Virus record (IMG/VR): IMGVR_UViG_3300032323_001417
Coordinates: 37,665 to 101,664 of that record
Strand: one strand, 5' to 3'
DNA: 64,000 nt
Source of the DNA: a virus
Shown: piece by piece, positions 40,825-50,359 of the stretch
How positions within the stretch are numbered: the first letter of the stretch is position 1
How the letters are laid out: every line of letters begins with the position of its first letter
Translations under genes and position numbers: made by a program
The notes under the pieces: model-generated
What the model saw: the letters and a program-made list of their open reading frames with translations, nothing else
Databases searched by the model: none
Told to the model about the DNA's origin: nothing

Positions 40825-42598
40825 TATTAGCGATTTTATGGAGGCTCTTGATGAGTCACCATTTTCAGAAACTCCAGTTGACGTTGTAACATTTGTTACA
40901 GGTGAAAAGTATTTAAATCAACCAGATTTATCAGAGTATCAATATACTCTTGTTGAATGCATGAGCCAAATTTATCAAGAAAAAGATTTGATTAGATACA
41001 TGGGTGAAGAGGCTGGTAAAGAGCACTACAAAAAATACACCAAGAGTGAAATTATTATGCAGCTTGGAAAAGGTAGTGGAAAAGATTATACATCTACCGT
41101 TGGGTGTTCTTATTTAGTCTATAAGTTACTGTGCTTAAAAGATCCATCAAGATATTTTGGTAAGCCATCTAATGATGCTATTGATATTATGAATGTTGCT
41201 ATCAATGCTCAACAGGCTAAGAATGTTTTCTTTAAAGGATTTAGAAGTAAGATAGAGGGGTCTCCCTGGTTTGCAGGAAAGTTTTCTCCACCAAAGATTG
41301 ATAGCATTGAATTTGATAAAGCTATTACCGTATATTCTGGTCACTCAGAAAGAGAATCTGCTGAAGGTCTAAACTTAATGCTTGCAATTCTTGATGAGAT
41401 TTCTGGATTTGCAATGGAGTCTGCAAGTGGAAATGATCACGCCAAAACTGCTGACAATATTTATAAAGCATTCCGTGGATCTGTTGACTCTCGCTTTCCA
41501 GACTTTGGCAAGGTAGTTCTTCTTTCATTCCCTCGTTTTAAAGGTGACTTTATTTCAACAAGGTATGAAGATGTTATTGCAGAAAAAGAAACCATTGTAA
41601 GATCGCACGAGTTTATTTTAAACCCAGCACTATCAGAAGATGATCCACAAAATAAGTTTACTGTGGAGTGGGACGAAGATCATATCAATTCCTATAAACT
41701 TCCAGGAGTCTTTGCACTTAAAAGACCAACTTGGGAGATTAATCCTACAAGAAAGATTGAAGATTTTAAATTAGCTTTCTTTACAGATATGCCAGATGCA
41801 CTAATGCGTTTTGCCTGTATGCCAACTACATCCTCTGATGCTTTCTTTAAAAATAGAGAAAAGCTCGGAATGGCATTTAAAAAGCATAACCCTATTGATG
41901 TTGGTAAAAGAATAGAAGAATCATTCCAACCAGATCCTGAAGTAACATACTATGTCCACGCTGACCTGGCACAAAAGCACGATAAGTGTGCCGTGTCTAT
42001 TGCTCACATTGATAAATGGGTAAGTCTACAATCGTTTAATGATTACCAGCAAATTGTTCCCTTTGTTGTGGTCGATGCAATTGTTTACTGGGAACCTAAA
42101 AAAGAAGGTCCAGTAGATTTATCAGAAGTAAAGAATTGGATTATTAATTTAAGAAGGCTTGGTTTCAATTTAGGCTTAGTAACATTTGACCGTTGGAATT
42201 CTTTTGATATTCAAAGAGACCTAAGTAGTGTGGGCATAAAAACAGAAACACTGTCTGTGGCTAAGAAACACTATGAAGATCTTTCTATGCTTGTTTATGA
42301 AGAAAGAATAGTTTTACCTCAAATAGATTTATTACTTGAGGAAATGCAGGAACTTAGAATTATGAATAATAATAGGGTAGACCACCCTAGAAAAAAGTCT
42401 AAGGACCTTGCAGACGCTATGTGTGGATCTGTATATAATGCAATCAGCCATACAAGAAGAGAAAAAATTCAGGAAGTAGAAATTCATACCTATCAATCTC
42501 GTCCTAAAGTTGACAAGGATGATAGTAAAATGGTAAAATCTAAACCTGAGATGACAGAAGATATCAAAAAGTATCTTATGAATTTTAATTTAATTTAG
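40814..42598 (+). CDS. Terminase large subunit
   Basis: GKGSGKD Walker A; AILDE Walker B; nuclease HADLA..D, FDRW, KDLADA. Confidence 0.9.
   Translation: MTIDISDFMEALDESPFSETPVDVVTFVTGEKYLNQPDLSEYQYTLVECMSQIYQEKDLIRYMGEEAGKEHYKKYTKSEIIMQLGKGSGKDYTSTVGCSYLVYKLLCLKDPSRYFGKPSNDAIDIMNVAINAQQAKNVFFKGFRSKIEGSPWFAGKFSPPKIDSIEFDKAITVYSGHSERESAEGLNLMLAILDEISGFAMESASGNDHAKTADNIYKAFRGSVDSRFPDFGKVVLLSFPRFKGDFISTRYEDVIAEKETIVRSHEFILNPALSEDDPQNKFTVEWDEDHINSYKLPGVFALKRPTWEINPTRKIEDFKLAFFTDMPDALMRFACMPTTSSDAFFKNREKLGMAFKKHNPIDVGKRIEESFQPDPEVTYYVHADLAQKHDKCAVSIAHIDKWVSLQSFNDYQQIVPFVVVDAIVYWEPKKEGPVDLSEVKNWIINLRRLGFNLGLVTFDRWNSFDIQRDLSSVGIKTETLSVAKKHYEDLSMLVYEERIVLPQIDLLLEEMQELRIMNNNRVDHPRKKSKDLADAMCGSVYNAISHTRREKIQEVEIHTYQSRPKVDKDDSKMVKSKPEMTEDIKKYLMNFNLI
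42510..42539 (+). promoter_or_regulatory. Promoter TTGACA-N18-TAAAAT inside the 3' end of terL
   Basis: Consensus -35 and extended -10 upstream of the rmlB-like gene. Confidence 0.5.
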
Positions 42599-42614
42599 TA
42601 GAAATGGAAAAATA

Positions 42615-43628
42615 ATGAGTAAAAGAGTTCTTTTAACAGGTGCAAGTGGTTTTGTTGGAAGCCATGTGCTTAGACACTTGCTGGTAAATACAGATTGGTT
42701 TATAGTTTGTCCAACAACATTTACACACAAAGGTTTAACAGATAGAATTAATGTTGCATGTGACGACTTCCCCGATGCTTACAAGCGTATTAAAGTAATT
42801 AAGACAGACCTTACTGCTCCAATTTCTCCAGTAACATCCCATGCGTTTGGTGAAATTGATTATGTGATTAACGTAGCAAGTGAAAGTCATGTTGATAGAA
42901 GCATTGAAGAGCCAACTCCATTTATTCTAAATAACGTTTCTTTAATTTGTAATATACTTGACTGGGCAAGAGTTGCAAAGCCAGAAAAATTTTTGCATAT
43001 TTCAACTGATGAGGTTTACGGTCCAGCTCCAAAGGGACATGCCCATAAAGAGTGGGTAGATCAGTACTTCCCAAGTAACCCATACTCTGCTTCTAAGGCA
43101 GCACAAGAAAGTATTGCGTTTTCATATTGGAGAACTTATGGAGTTCCAATTGCAATTACAAATACCATGAATATTATTGGTGAGACTCAGGACACTGAAA
43201 AGTTTATGCCAATGGTAATTAAAAAAGTTCTTAATGGAGAAACCATGAAGATCCATGCATCATCAGAAGGTGAGATTGGAAGTCGTTTTTACTTACATGC
43301 TAGAAATCAGGCAGACGGTCTTTTGCATGTTCTTAAGCAACATTTCCCAGCTTATGGAGAATCTGATGTACCAGCAAAGTTTCACATTGTTGGCGAAAGA
43401 GAAGTAGACAACCTAGAAATGGCTCAAATGATTGCCTCAGCAGTTGGAAAGCCATTGCGTTATGAGTTAGAAGATTTCCATTCATCACGACCAGGGCATG
43501 ACTTACGTTATGCTTTAGACGGAAAAAAGATTGCTGACACTGGCTGGGTATCCCCAATGCCACTAGAAGAGTCAATTAGAAAAACTGTTGAATGGACTTT
43601 AAGCCATCCAGAATGGCTAAGTTTGTGA
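42615..43628 (+). CDS. rmlB: dTDP-glucose 4,6-dehydratase-like NAD-dependent epimerase/dehydratase
   Basis: TGASGFVG, ASESHVDRSI, STDEVYG, YSASK, RPGHDLRY. Confidence 0.88.
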   Translation: MSKRVLLTGASGFVGSHVLRHLLVNTDWFIVCPTTFTHKGLTDRINVACDDFPDAYKRIKVIKTDLTAPISPVTSHAFGEIDYVINVASESHVDRSIEEPTPFILNNVSLICNILDWARVAKPEKFLHISTDEVYGPAPKGHAHKEWVDQYFPSNPYSASKAAQESIAFSYWRTYGVPIAITNTMNIIGETQDTEKFMPMVIKKVLNGETMKIHASSEGEIGSRFYLHARNQADGLLHVLKQHFPAYGESDVPAKFHIVGEREVDNLEMAQMIASAVGKPLRYELEDFHSSRPGHDLRYALDGKKIADTGWVSPMPLEESIRKTVEWTLSHPEWLSL

Positions 43629-44656
43629 AAGAATATTTAGCAAATAATTATATTTGTTTTGACGATATCCTTATGGTTCCACAATACTCAGAAGTTGTGA
43701 GCAGATCTCTTGTAGATCTAAAGATGCATATTGGTGGAAGTTCTTGGCTAGACTTTCCAGTAATTGCATCACCTATGGATACTGTTTGTGAAAAAGATAT
43801 GGCAATTGCAATTGCTGAATCTGGTGGTATTGGAATTATTCATAGATTTATGTCAGCAAAAAAGCAAATAAAAATGGTTGAAGAAGTTCATAGCCATAAT
43901 GATCTTGGACTTCCTGTTGGTGCAGCATTGTCAACTACTTTTGTTGAAGAGCATGTTGATAAGTTAATTAAATCAGGAGCATCAATGCTTTTAATTGATA
44001 CTGCTAATGGTCATAGTAAAATGGCAATTGATGCAGTTGTAAGATTAAAAAATATTGTAGGAGATAGTGTTCATATTATGGCTGGCAATGTTGCAACAAT
44101 AGAGGGGTATATTGCTTTAGATGTTGCAGGTGCTGATTCTATCAGAGTTGGTATTGGTGGCGGTAGCATGTGTACCACGAGACTCGTATCTGGTCATGGT
44201 ATTCCAACACTATCTTCAATTATAAACGTGCGAGAAGCAAAAGATAAGTTTGGCTTAAAGGCTGGAATTGTTGCAGATGGTGGAATTAGAAATACTGGAG
44301 ACATAATTAAAGCATTCGCAGCAGGAGCAGATTCCGTAATGCTTGGATCAATGTTGGCTGGCACTGACGAATCTCCAGGGTCTTTACATTTTAAAGGTGA
44401 TAAAAAATTTAAAGCATTTAGAGGAATGGCTAGTAAAGAAGCTAATAAAGATAAAGATATTGCAGTTGCAGAAGGAGTCTCTACAATGATTCCATACAAG
44501 GGATCTGTGAAAGATATTTTTAAAGATATTAAAGGTGGTATTGGAAGTGGATGCTCTTATACTGGAGTAGACTTTCTTTGTAATTTATATCAAGAATCCA
44601 TGTACACAAGGGTGTCACCATTAACTGTAAAGGAGTCGTTGCCTCATGGAAGATAA
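43625..44656 (+). CDS. guaB: IMP dehydrogenase/GMP reductase family protein lacking CBS domains
   Basis: [40 protein letters not shown]; GTGA overlap suggests start at 43625. Confidence 0.85.
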   Translation: MKEYLANNYICFDDILMVPQYSEVVSRSLVDLKMHIGGSSWLDFPVIASPMDTVCEKDMAIAIAESGGIGIIHRFMSAKKQIKMVEEVHSHNDLGLPVGAALSTTFVEEHVDKLIKSGASMLLIDTANGHSKMAIDAVVRLKNIVGDSVHIMAGNVATIEGYIALDVAGADSIRVGIGGGSMCTTRLVSGHGIPTLSSIINVREAKDKFGLKAGIVADGGIRNTGDIIKAFAAGADSVMLGSMLAGTDESPGSLHFKGDKKFKAFRGMASKEANKDKDIAVAEGVSTMIPYKGSVKDIFKDIKGGIGSGCSYTGVDFLCNLYQESMYTRVSPLTVKESLPHGR

Positions 44657-45005
44657 TGAAGAAATGAGTAGCGAAGAATTATCAGAAATGATTGAGTATC
44701 TTATTGAAATAGGTGCTATGGAAATTATGGGGTATGATTCTGTATCAGATCAGTTTACATATAAGGTTACTTCAAAATGTAAAGAGCTTTATCCAGAACT
44801 ATACTATGCACATTATGAAGCCGTTGGAGAAATGGCTAGTCAATTGTGGATGAAAGATGTTATAGACATAGTATTTACTGAAGGACAAACAATTGTTGGA
44901 GTTACTCCAGAACAGGTAAAATCTATAAAAGAAAATATTAACACTTTTACTGATGATGAAAGATTTTTTCTTGAAACACTTCTTGCACATTATGACCAAA
45001 GATAA
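44646..45005 (+). CDS. Hypothetical acidic protein
   Basis: 119-aa ORF with RBS AAGGAG. Confidence 0.6.
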   Translation: MEDNEEMSSEELSEMIEYLIEIGAMEIMGYDSVSDQFTYKVTSKCKELYPELYYAHYEAVGEMASQLWMKDVIDIVFTEGQTIVGVTPEQVKSIKENINTFTDDERFFLETLLAHYDQR

Positions 45006-45020
45006 GATATAATAGTAGTT

Positions 45021-46337
45021 ATGGATGTCATTAAATCAGCAGAATGGGAAGGCGAACCCCTTTACAACATGCTTTCAGAAGATGAAAAAGCCTTTGCAGA
45101 TTCATTATTAAAATTAACAGAAGAGCTTGGACCACTAGATCAGTCAGAAGGTATCTGGATTGGTTATGAAGATGGTTCTACAAATCAAAATGCTTCCATT
45201 GGCGTTAAGTGTGGAAACTGTGCACTTCATAAATCTGCAGTTGCTTGTGCAATTATTTCACAACAGATTGAAGAAGAAGGTGCTTGCAGACTTGCAGTAA
45301 TTCCAGATGGGTATGTCAATTCCGATATGAAAAATTCGGGAGAAGAGTTTGAAGAAATGATTCCTGAAATGTCAAAAGCAGATTCAGTTAGAGTTGGTCA
45401 GATGGTTTCTTGGAATTCTAGTGGTGGAACTGCAAGAGGAAAAGTTGTAAGAGTTGTTAGAAGTGGTTCTATTAATGTTCCTAATTCTGATTTTACAATC
45501 ACAGGAACTCCAGATAACCCAGCAGCACTTATTAGAATTTATAGAGATGGAAAACCAACAGATACTTTGGTTGGTCACAGAGTAGACACTCTAAGGGTGT
45601 CAACTTCAAAATCAGAAGATGGCGTTATCGGAAATGATGATGTTCCAAATAGAAGAGCTCACTCAATGGAAGATTGCAATGATAAAAATTGTCCAGAACA
45701 TCGTATGGGTAAAAAAGATTATTCTGATAAAGAAAGACAGATGTTAGCTCGTAGAGATATGGCTTTGCCAGATGGATCTTTTCCAATTGTTACTGCAGCA
45801 GATTTAAGTAATGCAGTTCAAGCAGTTGGTCGTGCATCAAATTATGCAAGAGCTCGTAATCACATCATAAGAAGAGCAGAAGCACTTGGTAGAACAGACT
45901 TGCTTCCAGAAGAATGGAAGCCAAAGTCTGAAAGAAAAGGATACGATGTAGAGAAAAGAGACGTTTCTGATATTGATTTAAAGCCAACCGAGTCTATGTC
46001 TAACAATGCTAAAAGAGGTCTTGAACTTAGAGCAAAGTTTGGTAGAGGCGGAACTGCAGTTGGAGTTGCTCGTGCCCGTGACTTAAGTAATCGCACAAAC
46101 TTAAGTCCAGAAACTGTTGCAAGAATGTATTCATTCTTTTCTAGACATGAAGTAGACAAGAAAGGCAAGGATTTTAACAATCCAGACCGCCCTTCAAATG
46201 GAAAAATAGCCTGGTTACTTTGGGGTGGAGATTCTGGGTATGCTTGGTCAAAACAAAAGTGGGAAGCAATTCAAAATGCAAGAGCATCTAAATCAGATGA
46301 TACTTGGAAAGACTCACCATTTTCTTTTTATAAATAA
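45021..46337 (+). CDS. Multi-domain head-associated protein (HiPIP-like Cys domain, Tudor/HVA1-like domain, two capsid-maturation-associated domains)
   Basis: CGNC..C..GAC; VGQMVSWNSSGGTARGKV; LPDGSFPI...AVGRA; RGGTAVGVARA...RM.SFFSRH...AWLLWGG. Confidence 0.6.
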   Translation: MDVIKSAEWEGEPLYNMLSEDEKAFADSLLKLTEELGPLDQSEGIWIGYEDGSTNQNASIGVKCGNCALHKSAVACAIISQQIEEEGACRLAVIPDGYVNSDMKNSGEEFEEMIPEMSKADSVRVGQMVSWNSSGGTARGKVVRVVRSGSINVPNSDFTITGTPDNPAALIRIYRDGKPTDTLVGHRVDTLRVSTSKSEDGVIGNDDVPNRRAHSMEDCNDKNCPEHRMGKKDYSDKERQMLARRDMALPDGSFPIVTAADLSNAVQAVGRASNYARARNHIIRRAEALGRTDLLPEEWKPKSERKGYDVEKRDVSDIDLKPTESMSNNAKRGLELRAKFGRGGTAVGVARARDLSNRTNLSPETVARMYSFFSRHEVDKKGKDFNNPDRPSNGKIAWLLWGGDSGYAWSKQKWEAIQNARASKSDDTWKDSPFSFYK

Positions 46338-46348
46338 TAGGAGGCTAT

Positions 46349-46711
46349 ATGCAAAAGTTATCTCCCTTACAAAGAATATCAGCATGTCTGATTGGTATAA
46401 ACTTTTTTGCAATAAACCTATTTATCACAATATTCTCTCTGATTCAAAAGAATAAAGAAGAGGATTTGCTGGTTTCCTTTAGAGGATTTTTTAGAAAAAG
46501 TCAGCTATGTAAAATTTTAGATGAAGGAACTGTAAGAGTTGCTATTCAAGATAATAGTGCATACTGGGTTATAGACAACATTCTATATAAAGCAAATATT
46601 GGCAAGGATGGAAGAATTCTTAATGAGAATGCTGAAAGAGTAGATGTTTTTGACCTTTCCGAAAAAGAAGTAAACAATCTTCTTTCAATAATTGATACCA
46701 TAAGTAGCTAG
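46349..46711 (+). CDS. Membrane-anchored hypothetical protein
   Basis: N-terminal hydrophobic segment; RBS GGAGG. Confidence 0.6.
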   Translation: MQKLSPLQRISACLIGINFFAINLFITIFSLIQKNKEEDLLVSFRGFFRKSQLCKILDEGTVRVAIQDNSAYWVIDNILYKANIGKDGRILNENAERVDVFDLSEKEVNNLLSIIDTISS

Positions 46712-46718
46712 TTTAAAG

Positions 46719-46747
46719 TTGACATTTGTCAGATAAAAATGTATAAT
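46719..46747 (+). promoter_or_regulatory. Perfect sigma70/SigA promoter TTGACA-N17-TATAAT
   Basis: Exact consensus. Confidence 0.85.
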
Positions 46748-46772
46748 AGTATTTAATAGAAAAGGATTTACC

Positions 46773-47123
46773 ATGGTTATTGTAGTTGAGGGAACAAAAG
46801 AGTTCTCTGATTATGAGATATTTATGAGAGCAATGACAGTAGCTTTGTCAACTCCAAATGAAAATAATCAAATACAAGTGTGGAGTCTTGGACCACATAA
46901 GATTAACAATTTTACTGCAGCATTCTGTAATTCTGCAGAGAACTATTTAAGACAAAAAGGATTTAAAGTTTCTTTTTCTAAAATAAATGAACAATGGGTA
47001 AGGCAAAATGTAGAACATGTTACATACTATGCATACTTTAGTTTGCCAAAAGAACCATTGTCAAAGTTTGCTACATACATGGAGCATCAGGAAGATGTTG
47101 AGATGGGAATATTTAGGTATTAA
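46773..47123 (+). CDS. Hypothetical protein (SLOG/YspA-like N-terminus)
   Basis: IVVEGTKEFSDYEIF. Confidence 0.5.
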   Translation: MVIVVEGTKEFSDYEIFMRAMTVALSTPNENNQIQVWSLGPHKINNFTAAFCNSAENYLRQKGFKVSFSKINEQWVRQNVEHVTYYAYFSLPKEPLSKFATYMEHQEDVEMGIFRY

Positions 47124-47387
47124 ATGAGTTTAACAGCATGGTCTTTAATAATTTTTGCATCTTATAGTTTATTCTATTTGTCAATGCTTTTAGCAGTAAC
47201 TCTAAAAACAAGTGTAGCAAAGATAGCTGCTATGGTTGTATGTTGGATAGTTTATCAAGTAGTTACTTTGTGGTATGGTATTGCTACAGATCAAATAGGA
47301 TTTATTTTAATGTTTATATTCCAATTTATTGTTACAATTTTAACAGTAATTATTAGCACAGAAAGATCTATGAATGAAAGTATCTGA
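47124..47387 (+). CDS. Membrane protein (about 3 TM segments)
   Basis: Hydrophobic segments. Confidence 0.65.
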   Translation: MSLTAWSLIIFASYSLFYLSMLLAVTLKTSVAKIAAMVVCWIVYQVVTLWYGIATDQIGFILMFIFQFIVTILTVIISTERSMNESI

Positions 47388-47601
47388 TTTAGATAAGATG
47401 GAATCCATTGTAAGCAGCAACCCATACTTAACATGGGATGGCTGGAATGTTGTATTTCTTGAAAAAGATGAACAGGCTAGTCTAAAAAAGAATGCAGCCT
47501 TTGTTGATTCTACTTGGCACAAGAAAGTTGTGTTTGAAAATACTGGTGGAGTATGGGACATTCCAGACTCTATATTAAGGAAGGGCGATGTACAAGTTTG
47601 A
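47374..47601 (+). CDS. Hypothetical protein
   Basis: LTWDGWNVV; overlaps whiB. Confidence 0.6.
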   Translation: MKVSDLDKMESIVSSNPYLTWDGWNVVFLEKDEQASLKKNAAFVDSTWHKKVVFENTGGVWDIPDSILRKGDVQV

Positions 47602-47869
47602 TGAAAAAGCTTTATGCCTTAATATGGATACAAATCTTTTCTTTGATCAATATGAAGAAAATCCAGAAGTTTCAAAAAAAGTAGATCTCTTGTGTATAAA
47701 GTGTCCAGCACAAAGACAGTGCTTAGCATATGGCGTAAGTAATGCTGAGTGGGGTGTTTGGGGTGGCGTTTATTTAGAGGGCGGAAAAATATCTAAAGAA
47801 TTTAATAGTCATAAAGAAAAAACTGACTGGTTTAGTGTTTGGTCTGGAATCACTATGGAGACTAAGTAA
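47588..47869 (+). CDS. whiB: WhiB family transcription factor
   Basis: C...FF...CIKCP...CL...WGVWGG. Confidence 0.9.
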   Translation: MYKFDEKALCLNMDTNLFFDQYEENPEVSKKVDLLCIKCPAQRQCLAYGVSNAEWGVWGGVYLEGGKISKEFNSHKEKTDWFSVWSGITMETK

Positions 47870-48123
47870 TGTATACAGATAAGATGAGACATGCTGTTAG
47901 ATCTGTAAAGCCCCCAAAAGATTTTCAAATATCAATTGCAGACTATGATCATTTTCTTGCTATCCAATTTTATGAAAGTCATTGGAGGCATTTAAATGAT
48001 AATGAAAGGCTTCGTTGTATACAGTATATGACGAAAGTAAAAAATATCTTAGAGTCGTTAGGTGCGAATGTCTCACTTGACCCAATTCTAGATATCAAGT
48101 ATAATGATGAAAGACAGCTATAA
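47869..48123 (+). CDS. Hypothetical protein
   Basis: TAATG-coupled 84-aa ORF. Confidence 0.6.
   Translation: MYTDKMRHAVRSVKPPKDFQISIADYDHFLAIQFYESHWRHLNDNERLRCIQYMTKVKNILESLGANVSLDPILDIKYNDERQL
48077..48105 (+). promoter_or_regulatory. Promoter TTGACC-N17-TATAAT
   Basis: Upstream of ssb. Confidence 0.65.
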
Positions 48124-48132
48124 GGAGTAAAA

Positions 48133-48543
48133 ATGGCTACAACAATTACGGTAATAGGAAACCTGGTTAAAGATCCAGAAAAGAAGGATCTTGGCTCAGG
48201 TAAAGTTCTTGCAAAGCTTCGTCTTGCAAGTACAGAAAGATTCCAAGATTCTGATGGAACTTGGAAAGATGGAGACACGGCATTTTATGATGTTGTATGT
48301 TGGAGAACTCTGGCAGAAAATGTCTCATCAAATCTTTCAAAAGGAAATAAAGTAATCGTTCATGGTAAGTTAAAGTATCGTGAATTTGATAGAAAAGACG
48401 GAACTAAGGGCAATGCCTTTGAAATTGATGCAACTGATGTTGGTCCATCACTATCAATTAAGTCTGGAACATTTAATAAGACTAGCAATGTTTCAAACTC
48501 AACAGTTTCAGTTGGAGCAGAAGAGCCTGATCCCTGGGCTTAG
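48133..48543 (+). CDS. ssb: Single-stranded DNA-binding protein (actinobacterial type)
   Basis: ITVIGNLVKDPE, WRTLAENV..L.KG..VIV.G, DVGPSL, DPW tail. Confidence 0.92.
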   Translation: MATTITVIGNLVKDPEKKDLGSGKVLAKLRLASTERFQDSDGTWKDGDTAFYDVVCWRTLAENVSSNLSKGNKVIVHGKLKYREFDRKDGTKGNAFEIDATDVGPSLSIKSGTFNKTSNVSNSTVSVGAEEPDPWA

Positions 48544-48547
48544 TTGG

Positions 48548-48572
48548 ATGTCCCCCCGAAAGGGGGGCATTT
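48548..48572 (+). terminator. Hairpin terminator
   Basis: ATGTCCCCCC-GAAA-GGGGGGCAT-TT. Confidence 0.8.
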
Positions 48573-48576
48573 CATC

Positions 48577-48605
48577 TTGACAAAATACAAAAAGTTTGGT
48601 AAAGT
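48577..48605 (+). promoter_or_regulatory. Promoter TTGACA-N17-TAAAGT, leaderless
   Basis: ATG 48612 lies 6 nt after the -10. Confidence 0.65.
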
Positions 48606-48611
48606 ATATTA

Positions 48612-48785
48612 ATGCCAGTATATTTATACGCATGTGAAAAATGCGAAGATAGTAAAGAATTAGTTAAGGGAATGAATGACCCTGACCCAGAGATTTGCCC
48701 AGATTGTGGAAGCACGATTAAAAGAGTTTTTGGTGTAGGTGGAATTCAATTCAAAGGTAAAGGATTTTATAGCACAGGTGGCTAG
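48612..48785 (+). CDS. FmdB-family zinc ribbon protein (57 aa, not in ORF track)
   Basis: MPVYLYACEKC...CPDCG..IKRVF....IQFKGKGFYST. Confidence 0.85.
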   Translation: MPVYLYACEKCEDSKELVKGMNDPDPEICPDCGSTIKRVFGVGGIQFKGKGFYSTGG

Positions 48786-48796
48786 TAGGAGAAAAA

Positions 48797-49048
48797 ATGT
48801 CTAAAAATGAAATGTTAGTTAATGAAAAACAATATCGTGCAGTTATAACAAAGGTTAAAGGTGGCTGGAAAGCATCTGTTCAAGTTAGACTTGGAATTAA
48901 CGAATGGAAAAAAGTTACATGTGGTCTAAAGGGATTAGTATTTCCGTCAAATGTTGCTGCTGAAAATGTAGCAAGACTTAAAATGAAAGAGCAAATTAGT
49001 CTTGACAAGAATGATAGAGACGAATCATATGTTATCTACCCTAAATAA
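48797..49048 (+). CDS. Hypothetical protein
   Basis: RBS AGGAG; 83 aa. Confidence 0.6.
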   Translation: MSKNEMLVNEKQYRAVITKVKGGWKASVQVRLGINEWKKVTCGLKGLVFPSNVAAENVARLKMKEQISLDKNDRDESYVIYPK

Positions 49049-49199
49049 AAATAAAGGATTTCAGTATGACTTCTTTTCAGAAGAATGGTCTTTTGAATGC
49101 GGTGCATGTGGCACTGAGCTATATGCTCCTACCAAGAAACATATGGAAGGAAACTTCTGGATCCATACTCACTCCAAAGAATGCATTGGTGGATGGTAA
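49029..49199 (+). CDS. Small Zn-finger protein
   Basis: CGACG...HTHSKEC; start uncertain. Confidence 0.5.
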   Translation: MLSTLNKNKGFQYDFFSEEWSFECGACGTELYAPTKKHMEGNFWIHTHSKECIGGW

Positions 49200-49465
49200 T
49201 GAATAAAGAAGAACTTGAAGAAGCACTTTCCTATATAGATGAAGAAGTTATGGTAATGGATGGTTTTGAAGAAGCATTTATAGGACTGTCCTTAAGATGT
49301 GGTCAGCCAACTCTTGCAACATACTCTTGGCAAAAAATGGTAGATGTTTTAATGGACAGAGATGGTATGGAGTATGAAGAGGCAGTAGAATATATTTCTT
49401 ATAACTGTCTTGGTGCTTGGATGGGTGAACTTACTCCAGTCATAGTATTACCTCTGGAGTTCTAA
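49199..49465 (+). CDS. Conserved hypothetical phage protein
   Basis: DGFEEAFIG...DGMEYEEAVEYISYN..GAW.GE.TP. Confidence 0.6.
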   Translation: MNKEELEEALSYIDEEVMVMDGFEEAFIGLSLRCGQPTLATYSWQKMVDVLMDRDGMEYEEAVEYISYNCLGAWMGELTPVIVLPLEF

Positions 49466-49644
49466 TGTCGTTGGTTGCAAAGATTAAAGAAATGTTAAAA
49501 GAATATCAAGAAGAAAATGGAACTCTTGATGATAAAGAATATGAAAAACTATTTGTACACCTATACTTACAGCACGAAGATGAGTATTTAAAACAAAGCG
49601 TTAGTTCTATTAGATCAGACGGAAAAAGTAGGAATTATAGATGA
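49465..49644 (+). CDS. Hypothetical protein (59 aa, not in ORF track)
   Basis: TAATG and ATGA coupling at both ends. Confidence 0.55.
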   Translation: MSLVAKIKEMLKEYQEENGTLDDKEYEKLFVHLYLQHEDEYLKQSVSSIRSDGKSRNYR

Positions 49645-49922
49645 AAGTTAGAATAAGCAAAAGAGAGTATTCAAACTATATTGAAAAAGATACAGACCTT
49701 GCACTTGCAGCAGACATGGCTATTAAAGTTATAAAGTCAAATCCAATGGTTGTTGGTGAGCCAGTTGCTGAAGTCAGTCCTGGCTGCCCTATGGGATACG
49801 CTAGTCCAAAAGTAATTTTACACTATGATATTATTAGTCCTAGTATGTTTGATAAGTTTAAGATGTTTTTAACAAGAACTTCTTTAAATGATATTGTCAA
49901 AGAAATTAAGGGAGCAGTTTAA
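49641..49922 (+). CDS. Hypothetical protein
   Basis: Coupled ORF. Confidence 0.55.
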   Translation: MKVRISKREYSNYIEKDTDLALAADMAIKVIKSNPMVVGEPVAEVSPGCPMGYASPKVILHYDIISPSMFDKFKMFLTRTSLNDIVKEIKGAV

Positions 49923-50162
49923 ATGGAATTTGAATTACATCATGAAAAGGATGCTGGACCAATAGTTCGTTGGTTTGCAAACAAGATGCTAAGTTTGTTG
50001 CATAAGGTTGAAAAGCCTTTGTATGACTACGCAGATATGTATACAGCAGTGTGGGACGATTATGAAGAAGATGATTTGTCTACCCCTCATAATCAAATGG
50101 GTTTATTTGATAACCTTGAAACTCTTCCACAGTTTGAACGATTAACAGAAGATTTAATTTAA
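49923..50162 (+). CDS. Hypothetical protein
   Basis: RBS GGGAG; coupled. Confidence 0.55.
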   Translation: MEFELHHEKDAGPIVRWFANKMLSLLHKVEKPLYDYADMYTAVWDDYEEDDLSTPHNQMGLFDNLETLPQFERLTEDLI

Positions 50163-50359
50163 TGTGTGATGATATTTATTATTATAAAGATCAAGTAAGA
50201 GAACTTCAAGCTATTAATAGTTTTGTTAAAAACAATACTTTACTTTCTGTCCAAAATAGGATACAATATGTTAAAGATGAACGAGAAAAATTAGGTCTGC
50301 CATTAAGCGGTATAGAGATGGCTCTTGAAATAGTTAGGACAATGTTAAATGAAAAATAA
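50162..50359 (+). CDS. Hypothetical protein
   Basis: Coupled ORF. Confidence 0.5.
   Translation: MCDDIYYYKDQVRELQAINSFVKNNTLLSVQNRIQYVKDEREKLGLPLSGIEMALEIVRTMLNEK

Noticed and set aside
29380-42598. Inteins or introns in dnaB, dnaE, recA or terL
   Set aside because: Lengths are normal, frames are continuous, and no splice-junction or homing-endonuclease motifs were seen.
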